Source: Cryomorphaceae bacterium
GTDB lineage: Bacteria; Bacteroidota; Bacteroidia; Flavobacteriales; Schleiferiaceae
Length of the DNA: 64,000 bases
Reading direction: 5' to 3'
Assembly (NCBI GenBank): GCA_024639785.1
Contig: JAHEGI010000021.1
Location: 69,857-133,856 of the forward strand
Below, piece after piece: positions 1-8,794 of the stretch. The translations under genes were made by a program, and so were the position numbers. A model generated the notes under the pieces. That model saw nothing but the letters and a program-made list of their open reading frames with translations. It was not told where the DNA came from and ran no database searches. Within the stretch, counting starts at the first letter, position 1. Each line of letters opens with the position of its first letter.

Positions 1-431
1 ACCAGATCAACCGACGTACGGACTTCCGCGTCATCCGCGATGATTACGAGCCCCCTGTCGATTCTGCGGCCTTGGCAGCCTCCGCGGCCGAGCAGGCCAA
101 AGAGGATGACAAGCCAGTAATTGGTCAGATGTACACCGTACAAGAGCGCGATACCTACACGACCATCTGCCGGAACAACAACATCACGATTTCCGTCCTC
201 AAGCGTTTGAACGGTGGACTTCGCGGAGTGCGTCCGTTCCCAGGAATGGTGCTTAAAGTCACGGCAAAAGGTGATTACACGGACTTCGACAAGACGCACC
301 GTCAAGTCGCCGTTGGGGAGTCTTTCCGCAGTATCGCAAAGGATTTGGGAATGCGTCCAAGAGATTTGGAAGCACTTAACCCTGAGTACGAAGACGAGCT
401 TCCTGCAGGTACGTATATCCGTATCCAGTAA
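1..431 (+). CDS. LysM-repeat protein, C-terminal part (5' end lies outside the window)
   Basis: The frame is open from the window edge to TAA at 429-431. It holds two LysM-like modules (YTVQERDTYTTICRNNNITISVLKRLN and VAVGESFRSIAKDLGMRPRDLEALNP). Confidence 0.6.
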   Translation, partial: QINRRTDFRVIRDDYEPPVDSAALAASAAEQAKEDDKPVIGQMYTVQERDTYTTICRNNNITISVLKRLNGGLRGVRPFPGMVLKVTAKGDYTDFDKTHRQVAVGESFRSIAKDLGMRPRDLEALNPEYEDELPAGTYIRIQ

Positions 432-442
432 AGGCTGCGTCG

Positions 443-450
443 TACCTTTG
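443..450 (+). promoter_or_regulatory. Bacteroidota -7 promoter box TACCTTTG, 4 nt upstream of the purM ATG (leaderless geometry)
   Basis: Exact TAnnTTTG match, followed by tggt and then ATG at 455. It lies just after the stop of the upstream LysM gene. No clear -33 TTTG. Confidence 0.5.
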
Positions 451-454
451 TGGT

Positions 455-1630
455 ATGGAGCAGAGCGCACGGTATGCAGGCCGCGGGGTATCCTCGGGCA
501 AAGAAGAAGTTCATCAAGCGATAGCGCATATTGACAAAGGGCTCTTTCCCAAGGCTTTCTGTAAAATTGTTCCGGATGACCTCAGTGGTTCTGAAGATCA
601 CTGTCTAGTCATGCATGCCGATGGGGCAGGCACAAAGTCGTCTCTGGCGTATATGTATTGGAAGGAAACAGGGGACCTTTCGGTTTGGCGTGGAATTGCC
701 CAAGATGCAGTCATCATGAATGTGGACGACCTCTTGTGTGTCGGAGCCACGGGCCCCATCCTTCTGTCAAGTACGATTGGACGCAATAAGAATCGCATTC
801 CTGGTGAAGTTATCGCCGCCCTAATTGAAGGGACTGAATCCGTCTTGGCAGACTTGCGTGCGAATGGGGTAGATATTCGTTCCACGGGAGGTGAGACTGC
901 GGATGTGGGCGACCTCGTGCGCACCATTATTGTAGACAGTACGGTGATTGCGCGGATGCGCCGCGACGAAGTGATTGACAATGCAGGAATTGCTCCGGGT
1001 CAAGTCATTGTTGGCTTGAGCTCCTACGGGCAGGCTACCTATGAGCATGACTACAACGGAGGGATGGGCTCAAATGGCCTGACCTCGGCGCGTCACGATG
1101 TCTTTCACAAACTGCTTGCGCAACGGTATCCAGAGAGTTTTGATGCAGAAATCGACGAAGCGTTGGTGTATTCAGGCACCAAGGCCTTAACAGATGCCAT
1201 TGCTGGCAGTCCGATTGACGCAGGAAAATTAGTCCTCTCGCCAACGCGCACCTACGCTCCGATCATTGTGGAACTCCTCAAGACCTTACGCCCCCATATC
1301 GGTGGGATGGTCCATTGTTCGGGAGGAGCTCAAACCAAAGTGCTTCACTTTGCCACGCAAGGCAAAATCATCAAGGACAATCTCTTTCCAATTCCGCCTC
1401 TATTTGAACTCATTCAGTCCGAATCTCAAACTCCTTGGCGGGAGATGTACCGAGTATTCAATATGGGCCATCGCATGGAGATCTACATGGATCCAGCACA
1501 TGCAGAAGCGGCCATTGCGATTTCAAAAAAATTCGGGGTTGACGCCCAAATTATTGGACGAGTAGAGCCTCAGGCTCAGCCTGAAGTGCACTTAATGGCC
1601 CCCGATGGCTGGCAGATTTATCAAGCCTAA
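455..1630 (+). CDS. purM: Phosphoribosylformylglycinamidine cyclo-ligase (AIR synthase), long Bacteroidota form
   Basis: 391 aa. The N-terminus RYAGRGVSSGKEEVHQAI..IDKGLFPKAFCKIVPD is typical of Bacteroidota PurM, and the rest reads as a PurM-type AIR synthase fold. Confidence 0.75.
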   Translation: MEQSARYAGRGVSSGKEEVHQAIAHIDKGLFPKAFCKIVPDDLSGSEDHCLVMHADGAGTKSSLAYMYWKETGDLSVWRGIAQDAVIMNVDDLLCVGATGPILLSSTIGRNKNRIPGEVIAALIEGTESVLADLRANGVDIRSTGGETADVGDLVRTIIVDSTVIARMRRDEVIDNAGIAPGQVIVGLSSYGQATYEHDYNGGMGSNGLTSARHDVFHKLLAQRYPESFDAEIDEALVYSGTKALTDAIAGSPIDAGKLVLSPTRTYAPIIVELLKTLRPHIGGMVHCSGGAQTKVLHFATQGKIIKDNLFPIPPLFELIQSESQTPWREMYRVFNMGHRMEIYMDPAHAEAAIAISKKFGVDAQIIGRVEPQAQPEVHLMAPDGWQIYQA

Positions 1631-1633
1631 GCC

Positions 1634-2713
1634 ATGGATCTACAGCATAAATTAGACGCAATCCACGTTCGCTACGAGGAGGTTAATGACTTGCTCATGC
1701 AGCCGGAATTAGCGGCTGATCGACAACGTTTTGTCCGCTTACATCGCGAGTACAAGGATTTACAGGCGGTCATGGAGGCACGTCAGCGCTATGATGAATT
1801 ATTAGGTCGGTTGGCCGAAGCCAAAGATTTACAATCCTCCGAGAGTGATCCAGAAATGCGCCAGATGGCGCAAGACGAGTTGGAGAGCATTCAACCAGAG
1901 ATAGAAGCCTTGGAGCTTGAAATCCAACAACTCCTCATTCCAAAAGATCCGGAAGATGCCAAGGATGCCGTTTTGGAAGTTCGGGCCGGTACGGGAGGAG
2001 ATGAAGCGGGTCTTTTCGCCGGCGAATTGCTCCGAATGTATGTGCGCTATTTGGAAGAGCGCGGTTGGACCTATGAGCTATTAAGTGCGACTGAAGGCGC
2101 TGCCGGAGGGTATAAAGAAGCGAGTATTCAGGTCCGTGGCGAAGATGTCTATGGCACCTTGAAATACGAATCCGGTGTGCACCGCGTGCAGCGAGTTCCA
2201 GCCACGGAATCTCAAGGACGAGTACACACTAGTGCGGCCACCGTGGCGGTTCTCCCAGAAGCCGATGAACTGGATGTGCAGATTCGAGACGTAGATATCC
2301 GTAAGGATACGTTTCGCTCCAGTGGAGCGGGAGGACAGCACGTGAACAAAACGGAATCAGGCGTCCGCTTGACGCACTTTCCCACAGGCATCGTGGTCGA
2401 ATGCCAAGATGGGCGTTCACAGCACCAGAACTATGATCGAGCTTTAACCGTGCTTCGTGCCCGCATCTGGGACAAAGCGCGTGTCGCCCAAGATGCAGAA
2501 GTCGCCGAAAAGCGAAAGACCTTGGTCAGCACCGGTGATCGTTCGGCCAAAATTCGGACCTATAATTTCCCCCAAGGCCGAGTGACCGATCACCGCATCG
2601 GCTTGACATTGTATAACTTGGCAGAGGTCATGAACGGCCAAGTAGGTAAATTCATGGATGAACTTCGTCTCGCAGAAAATGCGGAGCGGTTAAAAGAAGG
2701 TAGCGGAGAATGA
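1634..2713 (+). CDS. prfA: Peptide chain release factor 1
   Basis: 359 aa with the GGQ motif ([19 protein letters not shown]) and an RF1-type PxT tripeptide (VPATESQGR). Single uninterrupted ORF. Confidence 0.95.
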   Translation: MDLQHKLDAIHVRYEEVNDLLMQPELAADRQRFVRLHREYKDLQAVMEARQRYDELLGRLAEAKDLQSSESDPEMRQMAQDELESIQPEIEALELEIQQLLIPKDPEDAKDAVLEVRAGTGGDEAGLFAGELLRMYVRYLEERGWTYELLSATEGAAGGYKEASIQVRGEDVYGTLKYESGVHRVQRVPATESQGRVHTSAATVAVLPEADELDVQIRDVDIRKDTFRSSGAGGQHVNKTESGVRLTHFPTGIVVECQDGRSQHQNYDRALTVLRARIWDKARVAQDAEVAEKRKTLVSTGDRSAKIRTYNFPQGRVTDHRIGLTLYNLAEVMNGQVGKFMDELRLAENAERLKEGSGE

Positions 2714-3525
2714 CACGTACGGAGTTAGCTAGCTATATCCAAGCAAAAAAATCCGTTCTCTGTGTGGGATTGGATCCCGATTTGGATAAAATGCCCGCCC
2801 AGTTTACGCGCGATGCTCAAGGCGTGGCCGACTTCTGCTGTGCCATCATCGATGCGACCTCAGACTATGCGGTGGCCTACAAACCCAATTTGGCGTTTTT
2901 TGAATCGCTCGGACTCGAGGGTTGGGCCGCGTTGGCTCAGGTCGCCCAGCATTTGTCCAAATATCCAGAGCACTTCAGTATTGCGGATGCCAAACGCGGA
3001 GATATAGGCAACACCGCTCGACATTATGCGGAAGGCATATTGGGTCAGCTTGGATTTGACTCGATCACCGTCGCGCCCTACATGGGTAGAGATAGCCTGG
3101 AACCTTTTGCTTTGCCCGGTAAATGGGCCATTGCCCTAGGCTTGACGAGCAACCCGGGTGCGCAGGATTTCCAAATGCAAGCGATGGCGGACGGGCGACC
3201 CCTGTATGCCCATGTGCTAGATTCCTATGCAACCTGGGCTTCCCCGGACCAATGGATGGTCGTGGTCGGAGCTACCCGCCCCGAAGGACTCGCTGCGGTG
3301 CGGAAGCAACTCCCCGATCACTTCTTCCTGGTTCCTGGGGTAGGGGCTCAAGGGGGTTCCGTAGAGGATGTGATGAAAGCGGGTGCCGTCCCGGGCGAAA
3401 TCGCCCTCCTAATCAATTCATCTCGAGGCATTTTATATGCTAGTTCTGAGGCGGATTTTGCAGAGGCTGCTGCCCGCGAGGCCGCACGTCTTGTCCAAGA
3501 AATGAAACAACACTGGCCTTCCTAA
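2710..3525 (+). CDS. pyrF: Orotidine 5'-phosphate decarboxylase (type 2)
   Basis: 271 aa with the [10 protein letters not shown] active-site motif. ATGA overlap with the prfA stop. Confidence 0.9.
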   Translation: MTRTELASYIQAKKSVLCVGLDPDLDKMPAQFTRDAQGVADFCCAIIDATSDYAVAYKPNLAFFESLGLEGWAALAQVAQHLSKYPEHFSIADAKRGDIGNTARHYAEGILGQLGFDSITVAPYMGRDSLEPFALPGKWAIALGLTSNPGAQDFQMQAMADGRPLYAHVLDSYATWASPDQWMVVVGATRPEGLAAVRKQLPDHFFLVPGVGAQGGSVEDVMKAGAVPGEIALLINSSRGILYASSEADFAEAAAREAARLVQEMKQHWPS

Positions 3526-4416
3526 ATGGCTAAAAAACGCATATTGATCACCGGCGCAAATGGCCTTTTAGGTCAATCGATCCTGCATGCGAATCAAGGC
3601 CGATTTGATTTGGCCGCTACGGGTCGAGGGGTGCAACGCGGAGATTTGTGTGGTGCGGAGTATTACATGCTCGACACCACGAATGCGGAAGATTACCAGC
3701 GGGCCTTTGCGGCCTTTTCACCTGACGTGGTCATTCATGCCGCCGCCATGACCCAAGTGGATGATTGTGAGCTTCAGCCGGAACTATGCCATCAGCTGAA
3801 CGTTGAAGCCACGCAACGCTGCATTGAGGCATGTGAAGCGGCCCAAATTCATCTGATTTTTATCAGCACGGACTTCATCTTTGATGGGAGTGCCGGACCT
3901 TATTCCGAAGAGGCCGCAGCGGCCCCTCTAAGTATCTACGGCCAATCCAAAGCGGATGCCGAAGCCCTTGTCATGAAGGCCGAGTGCCCGTGGACCATTG
4001 CGCGGACCGTGCTGGTCATCGGCTATGTGCCCGGGCTGAGCCGGAGTAACATTATATTGTGGGCACGAGGTGCACTGAGCCGGGGCGAGCGAATCCGTGT
4101 CGTCGATGATCAAGTGCGCAGCCCAACATGGTCCATGGATTTGGCGGAAGGCTGCTTGCTGATTGCCCAAAAGCACGCCACGGGAATCTACCATCTCTCC
4201 GGTCCCGATACGATGAGCATTTTTGAATTGGTCCAACAGGTAGCCCAACATGGCGGCTATGATGTCGAATTAATGGACCGCGTGAGTAGCGATACGTTAG
4301 CGCAAGCTGCGAAGCGCCCCCCGATAACCGGTTTTGACATTCGAAAAGCCGAAAAAGATTTAGGGTATCACCCGCATACTTTTCAAGAGGTCTTGGATGT
4401 GATTCCCTATATTTGA
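3526..4416 (+). CDS. NAD(P)-dependent SDR, dTDP-4-dehydrorhamnose reductase (RmlD)-like
   Basis: 296 aa with the Rossmann motif ILITGANGLLGQ and a YGQSK catalytic Tyr/Lys. The ATG abuts the pyrF TAA. Confidence 0.6.
   Translation: MAKKRILITGANGLLGQSILHANQGRFDLAATGRGVQRGDLCGAEYYMLDTTNAEDYQRAFAAFSPDVVIHAAAMTQVDDCELQPELCHQLNVEATQRCIEACEAAQIHLIFISTDFIFDGSAGPYSEEAAAAPLSIYGQSKADAEALVMKAECPWTIARTVLVIGYVPGLSRSNIILWARGALSRGERIRVVDDQVRSPTWSMDLAEGCLLIAQKHATGIYHLSGPDTMSIFELVQQVAQHGGYDVELMDRVSSDTLAQAAKRPPITGFDIRKAEKDLGYHPHTFQEVLDVIPYI
4408..4415 (+). promoter_or_regulatory. Candidate -7 box TATATTTG, 17 nt upstream of the NSS transporter ATG
   Basis: Exact TAnnTTTG match overlapping the stop codon of the upstream gene. 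Confidence 0.35.
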
Positions 4417-4432
4417 GGGATATCCCTTAAAC

Positions 4433-6250
4433 ATGAGTTCAGAAACACAATCTTGGGGTTCACGCGTGGGCCTCATTCTCGCCATGGCAGGAAATGCTGT
4501 GGGACTTGGCAACTTCCTTCGTTTTCCGGTTCAGGCGGTAAACAATGGAGGAGGGGCCTTTATCATTCCCTACCTCGTTTGTTTCCTGTTGATGGGTATT
4601 CCCCTCCTCTGGATTGAATGGTCCTCTGGCCGCTACGGAGGTCGGAGTGGCAACCACTCAACCCCCTTCATCTTGGGCTCAATGGGCCGACGTAAGTTCT
4701 GGCGCTATTTCGGGGTTTTTGGAATCTACACCAACATTGCGGTTGCGGCCTACTACTGCTACATTGAGAGTTGGACCCTTTCCTATGTGTTTCACTCTTT
4801 AGGCCAATCCTTTGATGGACTGAGCCAAACTCAAGTTGCACAGTTCTTTGATTCCTATGTGAATATTTCAGAAAGCACTTTTGGCATTCCCTATGAGGCC
4901 GTATTCTTCTATGTAGTATGCTTGGCGCTAAATACGTGGATTCTATCTCGCGGTCTCAAAGGCGGCGTTGAAAAAGTAGCCAAAATCGGCATGCCCATGC
5001 TGATCATTTTCGGGGTCTTCTTGGCCATCCGTGCGTTGACATTGGGAGCCTCGGGAGCCCCTGAAGGTTGTCTGGACTGCGACTCTACCCTTGGTCTAAA
5101 CTTTCTGTGGGAGCCGCAGTATGACTCATTGACCAACTTCAATGTTTGGCTTGCAGCAGCGGGCCAAATCTTCTTCACCCTCTCCGTGGGAATGGGTACC
5201 ATCCACTGTTATGCCGCCTATGTTCGTTCCAAAGATGATATCGCACTCAATGCCATGTCTGCGGGTTGGATGAATGGCTTTGTAGAAATCGTGTTGGGAG
5301 CCTCCGTGGTCATTCCGATCGCCGTGGGTTACCTCGGTTTGGATTGGGTCAAAGAAAATGCCGGCTTCTCTATGGCATTCCAAACCATGCCCTTCCTCTT
5401 TGGTAAATGGGGCGTAGCCCTTGGCACGTTGGCGGGCGTCATGTGGTTTGGACTATTGTTCTTTGCAGGAATTACCAGTTCCCTCGCGATGGGTACACCA
5501 TGGATGGGCTTCATGCAGGACGAATTTGGGTTTAGCATCAAGAAGTCCGCCCTCACCTTTGGACTTATCACGCTTGTCATGGGATTGCCCACGGTCTTCT
5601 TTTACAATCAAGGCGTCTTCGATCAATACGATTATTGGGGTGCCACGGTGGGTATAGTCATCTTTGCCTTGGCGGAGTCAATACTCTTCTCTTGGATTTT
5701 TGGAATAGATAAAGGCTGGGACGAAATCAATGCAGGATCGGACATTACGCTTCCAAAGATTTATAAGCCAATCATTAAGTACGTTACGCCGACCATCTTA
5801 TTGATCATTTTCGTGATGAGCTTAATCACTCCGAAAAACAATGATTTTGCCGCAGCGCTTGAGAACGGGTGGGAATTAGACGAAGGCTCTATCATTGGTC
5901 GTGCCATGAATATGAGCCGACCCTATAACCGTACCTCTTTTGCGGATCATTACGAAACAGAAATTGGCGGTTTGGCCATGGTCCAAAAAGAAGGGGATCA
6001 TTTCGCAGTCCAAATCTTGGATGCGGAAACTCAAGACATTTTGGCGATGCATGTATTTACAGAAGAGGATCAAGCCCCCCTCGTGTCCAATGGCGAAAGT
6101 GTTGTAGCTGGCCAACCCATTGCATCAGGGTCCTTTATTAATGACATCTTTTATATCCATCTAGCACGAGTGATGCTTATTGGATTATTCGTATTTATTT
6201 GTGCGCTGGTCTGGCGTGCTTCTATGAACCGTAGCCATTCTGAATCATGA
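4433..6250 (+). CDS. Sodium-dependent transporter, neurotransmitter:sodium symporter (NSS/SNF) family, with an extra soluble insert before the last TM
   Basis: 605 aa. It has the NSS signature GLGNFLRFP..NGGGAFIIPY and multiple TM segments. A hydrophilic segment of about 105 aa precedes the final TM. Confidence 0.9.
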   Translation: MSSETQSWGSRVGLILAMAGNAVGLGNFLRFPVQAVNNGGGAFIIPYLVCFLLMGIPLLWIEWSSGRYGGRSGNHSTPFILGSMGRRKFWRYFGVFGIYTNIAVAAYYCYIESWTLSYVFHSLGQSFDGLSQTQVAQFFDSYVNISESTFGIPYEAVFFYVVCLALNTWILSRGLKGGVEKVAKIGMPMLIIFGVFLAIRALTLGASGAPEGCLDCDSTLGLNFLWEPQYDSLTNFNVWLAAAGQIFFTLSVGMGTIHCYAAYVRSKDDIALNAMSAGWMNGFVEIVLGASVVIPIAVGYLGLDWVKENAGFSMAFQTMPFLFGKWGVALGTLAGVMWFGLLFFAGITSSLAMGTPWMGFMQDEFGFSIKKSALTFGLITLVMGLPTVFFYNQGVFDQYDYWGATVGIVIFALAESILFSWIFGIDKGWDEINAGSDITLPKIYKPIIKYVTPTILLIIFVMSLITPKNNDFAAALENGWELDEGSIIGRAMNMSRPYNRTSFADHYETEIGGLAMVQKEGDHFAVQILDAETQDILAMHVFTEEDQAPLVSNGESVVAGQPIASGSFINDIFYIHLARVMLIGLFVFICALVWRASMNRSHSES

Positions 6251-6384
6251 GTACAACAGCTTTTTGGATGATGCTCATTACCCAAGTGACCGTCACCGTT
6301 ATCACCGCCTATTTCTTTGTCAAAGTATTACGCGCTCCAGCGAAGGAGGAGTCGGATTCATATGAAGACAATGACCCCAAATAG
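6247..6384 (+). CDS. Small (45 aa) single-TM protein, candidate NSS transporter small subunit (MetS-like)
   Basis: Found by hand translation, because it is below the ORF-track cutoff. ATG at 6247 overlaps the transporter TGA (ATGA). Sequence: MSTTAFWMMLITQVTVTVITAYFFVKVLRAPAKEESDSYEDNDPK, i.e. one TM followed by an acidic tail. Confidence 0.55.
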   Translation: MSTTAFWMMLITQVTVTVITAYFFVKVLRAPAKEESDSYEDNDPK

Positions 6385-6988
6385 GGGACAGGAGAAATGG
6401 ATTTTTGGACTATGGGCGGGGATTTTCCTCGCCCTTTTCATTTTAAACCGGTACGAGCGGGCTGGGGATTCGGATAAGGTTTGGGAAGGCTGGGTGGATT
6501 GGGAAGATCCTCCCGTGGAGGCACGTCCATCCAAAGCCCTGAGTCAAGCATGGAATAAACAAAACTGGCCACTCAGGTCAAATGCCCAGGCGTCGACCCG
6601 CGAACAGGAATGGGTGAGAAGCGATACGGTTTCAGCCTCATGGCTGGCGAAACATTGGCCAGAATGGAAGGTGGCGAAGTACATCTTGGTCCGAGCGCGT
6701 TGGGGAGGGGTGGATTCCATGATCCTCCATCGCGAAGGCTTAGCGGATGGCCGATGGTTTTGGGAATTTGTCCCTCCTTCGACGAAAGAGCTCACCCAGA
6801 TAGCGTTGGAGGACTGGTACGGGCATCCGCTTTGGCGAGCCAAGCAAGTTCGTGCGGTACATCATTATCAGTCCCGGATCCGCCCCTTGCGCTCTTGGGA
6901 GGAAGTGTTTGCTTTGGCTCCGTTTGACTCCATTCAGCAAATCTGGATTCCGCAGTATTTCCACTTGGCCACGGGAAGTGACAAATAA
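6362..6988 (+). CDS. Hypothetical N-terminally anchored Trp-rich protein, possibly two degenerate ComEA-like helix-hairpin-helix modules
   Basis: First ATG in the 6317..6988 ORF. It has one TM (WIFGLWAGIFLALFIL) and two repeats resembling HhH modules (SASWLAKHWPEWKVAKYILVRARWGGV and LWRAKQVRAVHHYQSRIRPLRSWEEVFAL). Start uncertain. Confidence 0.45.
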   Translation: MKTMTPNRGQEKWIFGLWAGIFLALFILNRYERAGDSDKVWEGWVDWEDPPVEARPSKALSQAWNKQNWPLRSNAQASTREQEWVRSDTVSASWLAKHWPEWKVAKYILVRARWGGVDSMILHREGLADGRWFWEFVPPSTKELTQIALEDWYGHPLWRAKQVRAVHHYQSRIRPLRSWEEVFALAPFDSIQQIWIPQYFHLATGSDK

Positions 6989-7025
6989 AAATCTCAGGAC
7001 CGTGGGCTTAAGGTGGAATTTGTTT

Positions 7026-7033
7026 TACATTTG
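7026..7033 (+). promoter_or_regulatory. Candidate -7 box TACATTTG upstream of rpsU
   Basis: Exact TAnnTTTG match 29 nt upstream of the rpsU ATG. No good -33 element. Confidence 0.4.
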
Positions 7034-7046
7034 CCGTCCTAAAGAG

Positions 7047-7055
7047 AGGAGGTGA
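7047..7055 (+). promoter_or_regulatory. Strong Shine-Dalgarno AGGAGGTGA for rpsU
   Basis: 9-nt match to the anti-SD complement, 7 nt upstream of the ATG at 7063. I saw nothing comparable upstream of the other gene starts I examined in the window. Confidence 0.8.
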
Positions 7056-7062
7056 CCACATT

Positions 7063-7257
7063 ATGTTAGTAATTCAAGTTAAAGAAGGAGAAGGCATCGA
7101 CCGCGCGCTCAAGCGTTACAAGCGGAAGTTCGACCGTACCCAGACCATGCGTCAATTGCGCAAGCGTCAGCAGTTCACGAAACCTTCGATCACACGTCGC
7201 GAAGAATTCATCAAGGCGTCCTACGTACAAAACCTACGTATTAAAGAAGCAGAATAA
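7063..7257 (+). CDS. rpsU: 30S ribosomal protein bS21
   Basis: 64 aa, basic. The sequence VKEGEGIDRALKRYKRKFDRTQTMRQLRKRQQFTKPS is a typical S21. Confidence 0.95.
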   Translation: MLVIQVKEGEGIDRALKRYKRKFDRTQTMRQLRKRQQFTKPSITRREEFIKASYVQNLRIKEAE

Positions 7258-7279
7258 TCTGTTTTCTTATGCTATACTG

Positions 7280-7312
7280 CCCCGAGAAGTTTTATCTTCT
7301 CGGGGCTTTTTT
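7280..7312 (+). terminator. Intrinsic terminator after rpsU
   Basis: 10-bp stem ccccgagaag/cttctcgggg with loop ttttat, followed by cttttttt. The T-tract ends at the xerC ATG. Confidence 0.8.
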
Positions 7313-8218
7313 ATGGCCCAAATCTCTATGTCTGACCTCACGATACTTCCAACCTTCGCGGATCATCTTTCCCTGGAGCGGCGCCTTTCGCCGGCAACCG
7401 TGGAGGCGTACATGTCGGACATGAACCAATGGACGCTCTTTTTGGAATGGCAGGTGGGAATTTCCAGCCCCTTGGAGGCCAAGCGTATTCACGTGCGTTC
7501 TTGGGTTGCCAATCTAGTGGATCGAGGAATCGACGCGCGCTCCGTAAATCGGAAGCTTTCAAGCCTTCGTACTTTTTACCGCTTTGCGATCGAGGTCCTG
7601 GGCGCCGCTGAGAATCCTGCCCAAGGGATTCCTGCGCTAAAAGAAAAGAAGCGGCTTGTCCGAGCATTGAGCCAAGACGAAGCGGAAGCCCTGTTGGATG
7701 AAACTTTATTTGAATCCGGAGCACTTGGTCTGCGGGATCGATTTCTGCTCTTTACGCTATATGCCTTTGGATTGCGCAGTGCAGAGCTCATCGGCCTAAA
7801 GCATTCTGATGTTGATCTTCATCAAGGGGCGATCCGCGTCCTGGGCAAGCGAAGTAAGGAACGCGTCATTCCGATGCTACCTGCCTGGGCCGATGCGTAT
7901 CGCGCGTATGTCGAGCTATGGCCTGGCCTGAGTGTAACCGGTCCTGTATTCCGAAAAGAAGATGGTCAATCCTTACCCCGACGTCTTGTTTATTCTACGG
8001 TCCATTCGTATCTTCAAAGAACTAGTAACGTCGAGACGAAGAGCCCTCATGTGTTGAGGCACACGTTCGCCACGCATTTGCTAGACATGGGGGCAGATCT
8101 ATCTGCGATTCGCAGCCTTCTGGGTCACGCGAATTTGTCGGCTACGCAGATATACACGCATGCTTCCATGGAGCAGTTGAAGCGTGTGTATCATCAATCG
8201 CATCCCAAAGGCCGATAG
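7313..8218 (+). CDS. xerC: Tyrosine recombinase XerC/XerD family
   Basis: 301 aa with an N-terminal SAM-like core-binding domain, the catalytic HxxR box (HVLRHTFATHLL) and LLGHANLSATQIYTH with the nucleophile Tyr. Confidence 0.85.
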   Translation: MAQISMSDLTILPTFADHLSLERRLSPATVEAYMSDMNQWTLFLEWQVGISSPLEAKRIHVRSWVANLVDRGIDARSVNRKLSSLRTFYRFAIEVLGAAENPAQGIPALKEKKRLVRALSQDEAEALLDETLFESGALGLRDRFLLFTLYAFGLRSAELIGLKHSDVDLHQGAIRVLGKRSKERVIPMLPAWADAYRAYVELWPGLSVTGPVFRKEDGQSLPRRLVYSTVHSYLQRTSNVETKSPHVLRHTFATHLLDMGADLSAIRSLLGHANLSATQIYTHASMEQLKRVYHQSHPKGR

Positions 8219-8241
8219 GATGCCACTAAATTCTTTGTCTA

Positions 8242-8550
8242 ATGAATATTGCCGTTCACTCCGTTCATTTCAAAGCCAGCGATCGATTGTTGGCCTATGT
8301 CGAAAAGAAAGTAGAAACCGTAAATAAAGTATCGAGTCGAATCTCTAAAGCGACCGTTTTCCTTCGTTTAGACAATAATCACCTTCATGAAAACAAGATT
8401 GCCGAGGTTTGTATTCATCTTCCAGGCAAAGAAGTGGTCGTCAAAAAAGAGTCCAAAACCTTCGAGAAATCGGTGAGTTTAGCCATGTTAGCCCTCCGTC
8501 GCATCGTCAAGCGAAGCAAGGGAAAAAACCTTTCGGTGAAAAAGCGTTAA
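8242..8550 (+). CDS. hpf: Ribosome hibernation factor (short HPF/RaiA family)
   Basis: 102 aa. The N-terminus MNIAVHSVHFKASDRLLAYVEKKV is typical of sigma54-modulation/RaiA-fold proteins, and the gene sits in its conserved position upstream of the tRNA-tuf cluster. Confidence 0.8.
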   Translation: MNIAVHSVHFKASDRLLAYVEKKVETVNKVSSRISKATVFLRLDNNHLHENKIAEVCIHLPGKEVVVKKESKTFEKSVSLAMLALRRIVKRSKGKNLSVKKR

Positions 8551-8579
8551 AGACCGCTTGTAGACATCCTTTTATTTTC

Positions 8580-8587
8580 TACATTTG
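8580..8587 (+). promoter_or_regulatory. Candidate promoter of the tRNA-tuf operon (-7 TACATTTG with cTTG 19 nt upstream)
   Basis: TAnnTTTG at 8580-8587 with TTG at 8558-8560 (19-nt spacer). It lies about 90 nt upstream of tRNA-Thr. Confidence 0.35.
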
Positions 8588-8674
8588 CAGTCCGTTTGAA
8601 AATAGCGGGAAAGCTGCTATGCAGCAACGTTCTTTTTTGACGCACTGCTTGGGACTGCTTGTCCTTTACTTTTT

Positions 8675-8747
8675 GCCAGCATAGCTCAGTTGGTAGAGCT
8701 ACTGATTTGTAATCAGTAGGTCGGGGGTTCGAGTCCCTCTGCTGGCT
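8675..8747 (+). tRNA. tRNA-Thr (anticodon TGT)
   Basis: Hand-folded cloverleaf: acceptor GCCAGCA/TGCTGGC, anticodon loop tTTGTAa, T-arm GGGGGTTCGAGTCCCTC. Confidence 0.9.
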
Positions 8748-8794
8748 CGAAGCAAAACCAAGCATTACGTCAATTTTTTAGGGCTTATCAATTT

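Noticed and set aside
1634-2713. Possible programmed +1 frameshift of the release-factor gene
   Set aside because: The ORF is uninterrupted and carries the RF1-type PxT motif (PAT). The frameshift site is a feature of prfB (RF2), not prfA.
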